Source: Octopus sinensis (Eukaryota). Taken from it: a stretch of DNA of 64,000 nucleotides. Of this stretch, positions 1 through 9,830 are shown piece after piece. Numbering within the stretch: the first letter of the stretch is position 1; every line of letters begins with the position of its first letter. Below the pieces are notes generated by a model. It ran no database searches and was not told where the DNA came from. It worked only from the letters and a program-made list of their open reading frames with translations. The stretch spans positions 40,114,001 through 40,178,000 of the forward strand of contig NC_043005.1 of assembly GCF_006345805.1 (NCBI RefSeq). The letters are read 5' to 3'. Position numbers and translations under genes: made by a program.

Positions 1-110
1 TGTCGTTGTATGGTAGGCTTCTTTGCGTCTTTCTCCGGCCGTCGTCCATCTTTATGCGCCTCCTTTACCGGCATCACTATCACCTTCCGTCCAGTGTTTC
101 GTGTCAACAT

Positions 111-438
111 GCAGTCTGAAAGCACCGCCATCACTACTGTTTACGTCGAGGACCACCAACTTACCTTCCGGATCCAGGAAGGCTGTCCTTATTTTCAAGT
201 CCAGGCCCTTCCGAAACAACACCGCAGTACCACCACCGCCAGCTCCTGGCCGACACGGAGATAGAAAGATCTCGTATCTGCCGAAAAGGGCTGCGAGTTC
301 CTGCGGGTTGGAGAGCCTGGTTTCACTAATGGCTGCTACATCCACATCATGAAACCTCAGGTCGTTTAACAGGTGACCCTGTTTCCAAGGTGACCCGAGG
401 CCTCTCACATTCAAGCAACCGATTCTAAGTTTTGCCAT
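111..438 (-). mobile_element. Tx1/L1-clade non-LTR retrotransposon ORF2, N-terminal AP-endonuclease fragment (truncated near 111)
   Basis: LRIGCLNVRGL, DVAAISETRL, GGGGTAVLFRK and DPEGKLVVLDV are APE motifs of L1/Tx1 type; similarity stops after GGAFRL. Confidence 0.85.
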
Positions 439-478
439 GTTTCAAAGGTGGGAAAAAAAATAATAGGAGAAAAAGGCT

Positions 479-2003
479 CTACTTACTGTTGTTGGTGGTG
501 GGGGTGGCTCCCTTGTGCTTTTGCACGGGTGCTTCAATAATATTTTTACAAAGTTTCTTTGAGAAACTTTTCCCTAGCGATCCGACATTGTTAGGGAATA
601 TTTGTTTTATGTCACTGTATGTTGTTGCGTTGATTTTGATTGTGAGAATGTGTGCTGGTGGTGTGTTGTGTGTTGGTATAACGAAATCTGTTATGTTTGT
701 ACTTGTTTTGTCTTTTAGGTATGCAACGAGTTTTTCACTCTTTGTGTTTATTCCTGTAATTGTGTCTGTGTGTGTGTTGGTGTGTGTGGCAGTGGCAGAA
801 GTGGTGTCGAAAATGTTGTTGTTGATGTTGGGAAGCACTATTTGTTTGTGCTTCCCTTGTGTGTCCTTTTGTTTTTTCCTCTTCTTCTTTGGAGGCATGT
901 GTGCCATTCCGCTTTCTCAGTATCAGTGCTCGCACAATCCGAGCTGTCCTGATCCGGAAAGAGGATGGCTGTCGGATCCGCTTCATCAGCAGGGCGAAAG
1001 ATTGTTTGTTCTGCTGGTGGCGGTGGTGATGGTGACGGTGTTGGTGTTTCTTCTTGTTTTTTTACTGTCGATTTTCTAGGTGCTGGGGTTGGTGTTGGTT
1101 TGGTGGTTGTTGTTGGAGGCGGTGTCGTTCGTCATGTTGGTGGTGTGGCAGCTTTGGTGTTTTGTGCTGTTGTTGTTTCTGTTGTTATTTCTGTTGTTGT
1201 TGTTGCTGTTGTTGCTGCTGCCACCGCCTCTTGCCGTCTACCTCCATTCTTTTCTTGTAAATGGGGCAGTCTCTTTTTAGATGGCTTTCGCTGCTGCAGA
1301 GGTAACATTTTGGCTTTTGCCCCTCCACAGCAACGTGTAGCCTGGTGCCATCCGGCAAGTTAGCGGAATCTGGGATGGTATGAATATTTTCCTGTTGAAT
1401 CTGCACCAGGAGCAGCACTCCCATTCCTGACCAGTTCTTTTCCCTCACTCTCCGTACATCCAGAATAGTGGCAGTGTCCTCTATGTCATAGAGGACAGCT
1501 GCCACCAGCCATGATATATCAAGTTCGGCGGGGACGAGGTCGATTTTTATTTTCGTTACTCTCCACCCGAGGTGGGTTGGAACGAGTAACAAATTTTCGG
1601 TTTGCAAGGGCGAAATGGCATGCGCCCTTGCATCCTCCTCCATTCGGAAACGAACTTCTACGGTTCCAAAACGCTTCCCCTTGGTTACGTAGAACTTTTG
1701 GCCCCAAATGGGCTTCAGAGCTATTTCCAATTGTTTGGGTGTGACGTTTGTAATTTTTTTACATTTTTTGTCGAAAATTTTGTAGGTGATTGTTTTTTTA
1801 TTTGTTTCATCAATCACTTCTTGTGAAGTATTGAGGAAAATGCTATTGCCTTTCCTCAATAACACCTTTGCTTTTTTGATGTCTTGTATTGTGACTTTTA
1901 TTTCCTCCGAAACCTGCTTCGCAGCGGAGGCAAAACCGTTGGAATTTTCTTCACTTTTTTTTGTTCGTGCTTGTGTCTTGGACACAAAATTGCAAGAGGG
2001 CAA
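479..2003 (-). mobile_element. Tx1/L1-clade ORF1 (gag-like, CCHC zinc knuckle, T/P-rich linker), frameshifted
   Basis: CYLCSSESHLKRDC = CX2CX4HX4C. After a frameshift near 1230 the T/P-rich linker and EWHTCLQRRRGK continue in another frame, with stops. Lies directly upstream of the APE ORF. Confidence 0.8.
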
Positions 2004-2233
2004 ACAGTTAATAAGAAAAATATTAGGTGGAATATTGAATCATAAAATGTAATGGCTTGGATTATCTAGTGTTCTAAATAAAGATTGGGGTCATATCAAT
2101 CCCATTGTACCAATTAAAGGTTAAGGCAGTGATTGTATGTAGAACTACCTCATAACAAGTGAAAATTTTAAAATTTACCTATATTTCAAACCTTTATCTG
2201 CATTTCTTTTGATAAAGTTTATCTTCATGAAAT

Positions 2234-2408
2234 TCACTTTTTACTGAAAGGTATATATTGAATTGCTTCAAAACACTCAACTTCTTTAAGAGCTTTTCTT
2301 AATGTTTCAACTGTGCATTTCATTGTGGAAACTTAGTTCTTCAATATGATTAGGATAGTCAAGCCATTATAAATTCCAGTTTGACTTGACTAATTCCCAA
2401 GGGAATAT
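2234..2408 (-). pseudogene. Death-domain-like terminal exon remnant (copy 1)
   Basis: tttcttag acceptor; frameshifted translation LGISQVKLEFI-LDYPNHIEELSF..KCTVETLRKALKEVECFEAIQYIPFSKK*. The domain call is by pattern only. Confidence 0.4.
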
Positions 2409-2550
2409 CTAAGAAAGATAGAAGAAATGAATACAATAGCAGTAATGATCATATTAAAAATGTTTACTGTATAATACAGCCTGATGTTTGCTATACAGTA
2501 CAGTCATTCATAATGTACTATAATTTTGCGAATTATTTCACTATTTTTGC

Positions 2551-2604
<54 letters not shown>
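2551..2604. repeat. (TA)n microsatellite at the 3' end of repeat X copy A
   Basis: Direct reading. Confidence 0.95.
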
Positions 2605-3300
2605 GTAAACAGTAAAATATAAATACAAACAGTAAAAAATAAATACAAACTAGGACAAGAACAAGGAGACGACACAAGAACCACAGGACGGGACATTCGA
2701 AGCCCTCAGTCATCAGTCAAGAACCAGATCATCTTTGCAATTTCGGCTGATTAATCTTGAGATTGCTCCGATCTGGGCAGCCCCCAAGGGAAATCTAAGC
2801 CAAGCGCATTAGATCCCTTGGAAGAAAGCTTCGAATGTATACAACACAAGGACGGAAAACGAACGATGTACACGAATAAAAATACAGAATACGTGAAAAC
2901 AATAAGGAAAGCACGAATAAGAATACAAAAACGTAAAGACAATAACGGTAAGGATAAAAAACAAACCAAAACCAGGACGTAGGACAAGGGTCTTTCAACA
3001 GGACGAGTTGAGTTGGGGCTGGCTTATGGAGTTGTGCCTTATGGCCGCGGGAGACAAACAAAAACGTGTTGCTTCGACGACTGCTGGAACGAAAAGGGCG
3101 CCCAGCGGTGGCTAGCGGTCATGTGAGGACAAAAGACAGGAGAAAGGAACAAAGGAGGAGAAGAAAGAGACAGAACGAGGGGAGTTGAGGTAAGAGATGT
3201 AGAGAAATGTAGGAGGGGGGGACGGATGAAGAGAGAAAGAAAGAAAGAGAGAAGGGGAATAAGGGAGGAGGAGAGAGAGAGAGAAAGAGACAGATCAAGA
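2600..3300 (-). mobile_element. Unclassified structured repeat 'X', copy A (candidate Penelope-type pLTR or retrozyme-like element)
   Basis: Reverse complement is clearly homologous to 33775-34095; ends in (TA)n; contains the hammerhead-like domain below. Confidence 0.7.
2694..2837 (-). ncRNA. Candidate non-circularly permuted hammerhead ribozyme (copy A)
   Basis: 5'-GCAAU C UCAAGA uuaa UCAGCC GAA AUUGC ... UCUUGA CUGAUGA CUGAGGGCU-3'. Stem III is GCAAU/AUUGC, cleavage triplet AUC (C = 2761), stem I is UCAAGA/UCUUGA next to CUGAUGA. Stem II is non-canonical. The domain is enclosed by CAUUCGAAGC/GCUUCGAAUG. Confidence 0.55.
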
Positions 3301-3381
3301 GTCGTGTTAGTTAGTTAATTTGGCTCAAAAGCAAATAGCAAGGCCATGTAGGGGGTCATGGAGTTAAGTACAGGGTGGTGT

Positions 3382-4467
3382 TCATGTAAATAGTTCAGGC
3401 CACTTGAGGTCCAAGGAGGCTTTGAACAAAGCGGTCGTCGGCATCTTTACCATCTCGTCTGGCAGCTTGTTCCACGGATCCGCAACCCGGACGGAGAAAG
3501 CTCCTCTCCTTCGATTGAGATGAAATCGTCGCAGGTAGAGCTTTTCGGAATGACCCCGCAGCCGACGCTCTGGAGCAGGAGTGAAGAACAGCTCTTTCGA
3601 GAGGTTACACTTTCTGCTTATGATGTTGTGGGCAAGAATGAGATCACTACGGCGGCGGCGTTTTTCAAGAGAATAAAGGTCGAGCGTCATCAGCCTTTCT
3701 TCGTAGGACAAATTTTTGAGACCATGAACCATGCGGGTAGCCAGCTTCTGGACTCTTTCGAGATGCTGTATGTCTTTGAGGAGATAAGGAGAAGAGGCTT
3801 GAATCCCATACTCCAATATGGGTCTCACCAGCGTGACATAGAGTGGTAGGAATATGGCTGCTGTGAGCATTCCGAATGACCGTCGAATCAAGAACAGAAT
3901 TCCGCGTGCTTTGTTGGCAGCATGGACTACCGGTCGGTAGTTAAGCGGGTCTTCGCGGCTCCCTTTCTTGAAAATTGGGCAGATTATCGCTGTTCTCCAG
4001 TCTGCAGGTATAACACCCGTCACCAATGACATATTGAATAGTCGCGTTAAGGGCTCGCAGATGACCGGAGCCAACGCTTTGATAACCCGTGGGTGTATGC
4101 CGTCAGGGCCGTGACCCTTGTTGACATTGAGGCCTTGAATAACACGTTTGACTTCGTCCCGCGTGATGACCAATCGAAGCATTGGAGGTACCGATCTATC
4201 AAATGGAGGGGGTTCACGACCATCATCTTGTTTGAAAATAGTTGAAAAAGCATCGGCAAATAATTGACTCTGTTGATAAGGGTCCTCAGTCGATACACCT
4301 GTTGAGTCTACCAACGTTGCAATCTGGTTGTTCAAGCGGGAATTCCGCTGGACATGGGCAAAGAAGGTTTTTGGATTGCTACTGGCATTTGCCGCGATTT
4401 TGTATTCATAACTGAAGCGTTCTTTCTTTTCGATTTTCACGGCTCGGTCTCGTTGTGTTTTGTACAC
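3382..4467 (-). pseudogene. CR1-like ORF2 remainder with the RT core deleted in frame
   Basis: NYRPV is fused directly to VHAANKARGIL near 3928; no QG or YADD motifs. Confidence 0.85.
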
Positions 4468-4524
4468 CTCAAAAGCTGCAGTCGAATCCAGATTTTTGAA
4501 TTCAGCCCAAGCAATATCTCTGAG

Positions 4525-5556
4525 TCAACGTTCTCGTTTAACCCTCTTCGTCACCCAAGGCTTGTGTTTCTTCCTCTTGGGAAGCCCCACGGGAACTGCC
4601 TGGTCAGTCAAACAGATTACATATGCTTTGAGGGATGACCATAGTTCGTCAACTGAGGACAACGTCATCAGGGATCGCCAGTCCAGAAGCGCGGAAGCCT
4701 CGGTTAGAATTTCAAGATTAATTGCAGAGAAGACTCTACGTGGCAATGAAGTAGTCGTGGGCGCAGAAAAAGTTGTGTGCATGACGAACTTCAGGACCGC
4801 ATGATCACTCTTGGCAAGAGGGGCGCACACAGATACGTCTGACACTGATCTTGGAAAGCGGGAGAATACCAGATCTAGCATAGATGGCTGCTGCCCAGAC
4901 CGATGCCTTGTCGGATATTCAACATGTTGCGATAGAAAACCATCTTCAGCCACGTCAAGAAGGGCCTGGCCGAACCGGGAAGATGTTGTACAAATTGATG
5001 CGGGCCAATCGATCGTGGGAGCGTTGAAGTCTCCTAGTACCAAACAGTCATGCGAAGCTGAAACGAATCTTATCGCTTCGAGTAAATGAGCATCGTCCTG
5101 GGGGTCGGCAAGAGGTGGCCTGTAGACAGCCAACACGGGCAGGCAAAACTCAGATAGGCTCAGCTTGCAATATACGGCATCGAATTTTGTTGTAGGCTGA
5201 GCATTAGTGGGTAGAATACCGCTGGACGGTTTGTGCTCAGACTTAACATACACAGCAACACCTCCACCTCGCCTTTTTCCTCTGTCACATCTGAAAAGGA
5301 CGTAGCCCTGCAGGTGGATTTCTGAGTCCTTTACTGCTGGAGTCAGCCAAGTCTCGGTGATAGCTATCACATCAGTGGAGTCACGTATGGCCAGTGTAAA
5401 TAGTTCACTGAACTTTGGGAATAAGGAGCACGAGTTGGTGTAGACGATGCTGAGCTGTGAAGTCTGAGGGGCGGGAGTTGGGGAACAAGCAGAATAAGGG
5501 GTATCAGATATAGCATCGTTGACGGGGGTATCAACTTCACTTCGATTTGCCCTCAC
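4525..5556 (-). pseudogene. CR1-like ORF2 AP-endonuclease part
   Basis: Complete APE motif set; start overlaps the ORF1 stop at 5553-5556. Confidence 0.9.
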
Positions 5557-6278
5557 ATCACTTTCCCTGTCAGCACTACAGCATGGGACCAGAGGTAGGA
5601 CTTGATTATCTGTCCATCTTGGATTCGTAAACCCTTCTCTCCCATTTGTTTCCTCATCTTTAGTTCGGATATCAGGTTTCTCCAGCGAATTCTCTCTCTT
5701 AGTGAGTATTCCTCGCGAAAACCCATATTGGGGTCCTCCCAGGCATGCGTCTGAGCTCTGTTCAGAAAGACTGAAGCCTCCCGATCAGAAGAAAAGATTA
5801 CCCTTATTGGGCGTGGTCTAGTATCTGCGGTTGGGTTCGCTTGGAATCTTCCTAGCCGAGCGACCTTAAGGACACTGACCTTTTCGTTCACAGAGAACAA
5901 TTCTCCAACCAAAATGGAAACAAAATTAATGTCATCTTTTAGGCGGTTTATGCCTGTATCACGGGTGGATTCAGCTTTACCCTAAATTATTGCTGATCTT
6001 GAGTGGGCAAAATGTTCTCTACTATGAGCTGTGGTATTCGATTCTTCATTGGAGGATTTCGAAAGGGTGGTTTCATAGCCCTCGGACTTATGTCGGCCTG
6101 TGGGGTCGATCGGAATGGGTTTAGTGGTCATAATTTTCCCGCCTGGTTTGGAACTGCACTGCCTCTTCTTCGGTTTGGGGGAGCGCCACTCCCCAGATGA
6201 ACTCACATCGAGATCGTTCAGAATTGGTTGAGCAATGGCATTAATGGGAAGGACAGGTGAGGGAGAATCCAAACGGAT

Positions 6279-6863
6279 TTTATCGTGATCAGGTTTCATA
6301 GCCAAATCTGCCCCTCTGGAGTTTTGTCTACGTTTCTTCTTTTGGGGAGAACAACGGTCTTCAGGAGGGTTTGAGTCTACGCTCCTCAAATTAGGTTGGG
6401 GAACCTCCGGAACCGAAAAGGCAGATGAGGAAGAATCCGCACAGGAACGATCATGTGCAGAAACGACCGCCGGTTCCTTCGCCTTCTTTGGCCGCTTCGA
6501 TTTTGTTCCCTTCGGTTTGGACGTCTCCAGGGAAGAAATCAAGGGTGACTGCGTTAACAGGAGACTGTTTATCGTGGTCAGGTTTCATAGCTAAATCCGC
6601 CCCACTGGAGTTTTGACGACATTTCTTCTTTTGGGGAGAACAACGGTCTTCAGGTGGGTTTGAGTCTACGCTCCTCAAATTCGGTTGGGGAACCTTCGCG
6701 ACCGAAAAGGAAGATGGGGAAGAATCCGCACAAGAACGATCATGTGCAGAAACGACTGCCGGTTCCTTCGCCTTCTTTGGCCGCTTCGATTTTGTTCCCT
6801 TTGGTTTGGACGTCTCCAGGGAAGAAATCAAGGGTGACTCTGCGTCAACAGGAGACTGTTTAT
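6279..6863 (-). repeat. ~291-bp tandem duplication inside CR1 ORF1
   Basis: tttat anchors at 6279, 6568 and 6859 (periods 289 and 291); peptide LISSLETSKPKGTKSKRPKKAKEPAVVSAHDRSCADSS occurs twice. Confidence 0.92.
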
Positions 6864-7284
6864 TCAGTAAGAGAGCAACAACAGACTTTAGGTGCTCGAC
6901 CTCTTGTTTGAGCAACAGCAACTGCTCGTTGAGCTGACTATTGGTAGGACCATCATCTTGATGAGAAGCCCTTCTTGCAGATCTCAGTTTCGATCCGTAG
7001 GTAGCTGACATGATGGATGGTTGACTAAAAACAAACTTCTATGGGCTCTAGGACAAATCGGAGTTAAATCAGGAACAAAAAACAGGTGCAATCCTTGTAG
7101 GAGTAGGCAACAGCAGACAAAATCTGAGAGAGTTTGGGCTGAGCCGAATCACAATCCAAGATTGAAAGCAGACGGTGCAACGAGTCGGGAACCCTTCCTA
7201 ATTGTCTGAAGCAGCTTTAGGATATCAATGTTAGAGAAAAAAATACTTAACGTATAAGGACAGGTGTGGATACGAAGCCGCCAT

Positions 7285-7373
7285 TATATATGTAAACAGT
7301 AAAAAATAAATACGAACTGGGACAAGAACGTGAAACACCAAGGAGACGAAACAAGAACCACAGGACGGGACAT
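7285..7373 (-). repeat. Direct-repeat fragment of the 3' end of repeat X
   Basis: tatatgtaaacagtaaaaaataaatac..ggacaagaac..aaggagacga-acaagaaccacaggacgggacat matches 2600-2696. Confidence 0.88.
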
Positions 7374-8064
7374 CTTGACAGCTGCTGGATATTGATCACA
7401 AACTTCACCTACCTTCTTATCATTATCGTATCTCATGTCTATATTGCTGAATGTCTGCTTAAAATATTGAGAATATATTCAAATTTTTGAATGTATCTAA
7501 CTTTAGCAAGTGCAGTGTTGTAAATAGTTGGCATTTTGGGAGAATATATCCTTATTAGCAGAAAGTTTGGAGAACTTATCCCAAATGTTTTTGCTTACAG
7601 ATTTGACAACTACTGAATGATGGTTTGAATAATGACTAATGTATTACAAATTTTTGTTTGACTTACACTAGGGTCAAGAGAGAGCTGAAAGCTTGCTATT
7701 CTGTGATTATTATGCACCAAAGTGAGTTTTTGGAGGATCTAATAATTTTTTTCTTTTCTTATACTGCTCTATCTTATCATTGGTATACTTATAAAAAGTA
7801 AATACCAAAAGTGTAAACAGTTAATAAGAACATTAAAAAAAAATTATGTGGAATATTGAATCCTAAATCCTGGCAGCTTAGATTATCTACTGTCTTAAAT
7901 AAGGCTGGGGTTATGTTGACCTCATGGTACCAGTTAAGGGTGAAGGAAGTGTTTGTACGTAGAATTACCTCACAACAAATGAAAATTAAAAAATTTCCCT
8001 ACATTTCAAACCTTTATCTTTCCCTAACATGCATTCCAATTGTTAAAGTACTTCTCTGTAAAAT

Positions 8065-8234
8065 TCACTTTTTATCCAAAGGTATATACTGAATTGCATC
8101 AAAACACTTAACCTCTTTGAGAGCTTTTCTTAGTTTTTTAATAGTACATTTCTCTGTGGAAAGTGTTGTTCAAAGTCATTGGGATGGTCAAACCTCATAA
8201 ATTCTAGTTTGACTATAATCCCCCATGGAAATAT
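8065..8234 (-). pseudogene. Death-domain-like terminal exon remnant (copy 2)
   Basis: ctttcacag acceptor; VKLEFMRFDHPNDFEQ..KCTIKKLRKALKEVKCFDAIQYIPLDKK*; same stop position as copy 1. Confidence 0.4.
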
Positions 8235-9129
8235 CTGTGAAAGATACAAGAAATGAATGCAACAACATTAAGGATCATATAAAAAATATTTACTGTATAA
8301 TACAGCCAGAGGTATGCTGTACAATACACCCATTCATAATGTATGGTGCTTTTGCTCATTGTTTTACTGTTTTTGCACTGTCCACATGTATCTTTCATGG
8401 CAGCTGCTGGATATTGATCACAAACTTTACCTTACCTATCTTATCATTATCGTGTCTGACAGCATTCATGTGTCTATATGCTGAATGTCTGTTCAGTTTT
8501 AGATGGCAGAGTGCTTAAAATATTGATAATATATTCAATTGTTTGCATGTATCTAACTTTAGCAAGTGAAGCGTTATAAATACCTAACATTTTGAGAGAA
8601 TGTGTCCTTATTGGTAGAGAGTTTGGAGAACCTGTACAAGATGTTTTTCCTTGTGGATTTCATAACTGTTCATAGACGGTTTGAGTAATGAATAAACATA
8701 TTGCAAATTCTTGTTTGACCTACACTGGTGTTGAGAGAGAACTGAAAGTTTGCTAATCTGTGATTATTACCCACCGTATTAGCTAGTTCTAAGTTTTTGG
8801 AGAATCTAATTAGTTTTTTTCTCTTATATTACTGTAATTTTTCATTGGTACACTTATGAAAAGTGAATGTGGTAAATTGGTCCTATCCACATTCTTAAGA
8901 GGGTCCCAGATACAATTTGCTGCTCTCTGTAAGAAAGCAATGGAAATGTTCAGCATGATTTGGAATAGACTTAATGAGCAGATACCTTGCCACCTACTAC
9001 ATGAGGTACTTACACATCATTAAGATGCCTCTGAAGTGAATGTTAATCTTGCCTTTGGAATAGATGAGTTAACCATTGTGCTTCTACTCCAGCAGCTTGC
9101 TTCTTGGCTCCCTAATTCTGCTGTTTCCC

Positions 9130-9830
9130 TTGTCACTTAGCCCTCCTCACCGTAATAAGCTTCTTGTAAAGTATACTCCACATGTCCATTAGAGGTCTTC
9201 TCTTCTCCCTCACTTTCTTAAACTGCCCTTCTGAAGCTCTTAAGCTCTCTTCTCAATTGGACAATTCTGTTGGCTCTATTATTCATAACATAGAGAGGCT
9301 TCACTTTTACCTTCTCCTCCTGTCTAAACCTTTCAGCTGCCGGACTAATGAGTATAGTGGTCATTACCTGAAGGTGATGATTAACATCCATCTCCTTGTT
9401 AGCTCAAATCCACTTCTGATGATGCTCTGTTACTCTGCTTGGGTCAGGGAATTGCAGCATCTGGCAGTTCAGGGAACTGTGGATGACTCCGGCCCTGATT
9501 CCTCCTACATCTTAGAAGTATTTTGCTGAGTTATATGCACCACCTCCACATATTTTATTTTGACCTGGTGGATCTTCAGATCCCACAGGTTCTTACAAAT
9601 CTTTCCACAAATACAGTCCAAATCCATTATTGATTTGTTGTTACCAGTTGGTCTGTGCGATTGGGATTCTCATTCTGCCCTCCCTGTCAGGAATCCTTGG
9701 AGGTATTTCTCCTTAACACTGATCACAGCTTTCTCTGGGTTCTTCCTAACAGGTGTATCTGAAGCTGCTAACACTTACCACCCTACTGCCATCTTCCTAG
9801 GCTATCTACGATGAAAGATAATCATCTGAG
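9130..9830 (-). mobile_element. HERO-like (RLE-type) non-LTR retrotransposon N-terminal remnant
   Basis: Frameshifted translation: CICGKICKNLWDLKIHQ (zinc-finger-like), EESGPESS, DVNHHLQVMTTILISPAAERF, NRANRIVQLRRELK, ILYKKLITVRRAK. Matches HERO N-termini as recalled. Confidence 0.6.

Larger units (their letters stand above)
3306..7250 (-). mobile_element. CR1-clade LINE, internally deleted (ORF1 ~7011-5553, ORF2 5556-3382, (TAAC)n tail at 3306-3318); 5' boundary approximate
   Basis: APE domain (IVYTNSCSL, IAITETWL, RGGGVAVYVK, LGDFNAP, LDLVF, SDH); pre-RT GPDGIHPRVIK and NYRPV; CR1-type C-terminus (RPILEY, LERVQKLATR, YEERL, FSVRVADPWNKLP); ORF1 C-terminus RPRPIRVIF; short tandem 3' tail. 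Confidence 0.9.
2002..8870. repeat. Diverged ~1 kb tandem duplication: copy 1 = 2002-2550 + 7379-7814 (split by insertions), copy 2 = 7815-8870
   Basis: Colinear shared blocks: aaacagttaataagaa (2002/7815), catttcaaacctttatct-like, gagcttttctt, tttactgtataatacagcc, cattcataatgta, cagctgctggatattgatcacaaact (7379/8401), atgtatctaactttagcaagtg, tcattggta-acttat. Confidence 0.85.

Noticed and set aside
1185-1260. Programmed frameshift or polyQ tract in Tx1-like ORF1
   Set aside because: The downstream frame also has stops; simple decay in a CAA/CAG tract is the simpler explanation
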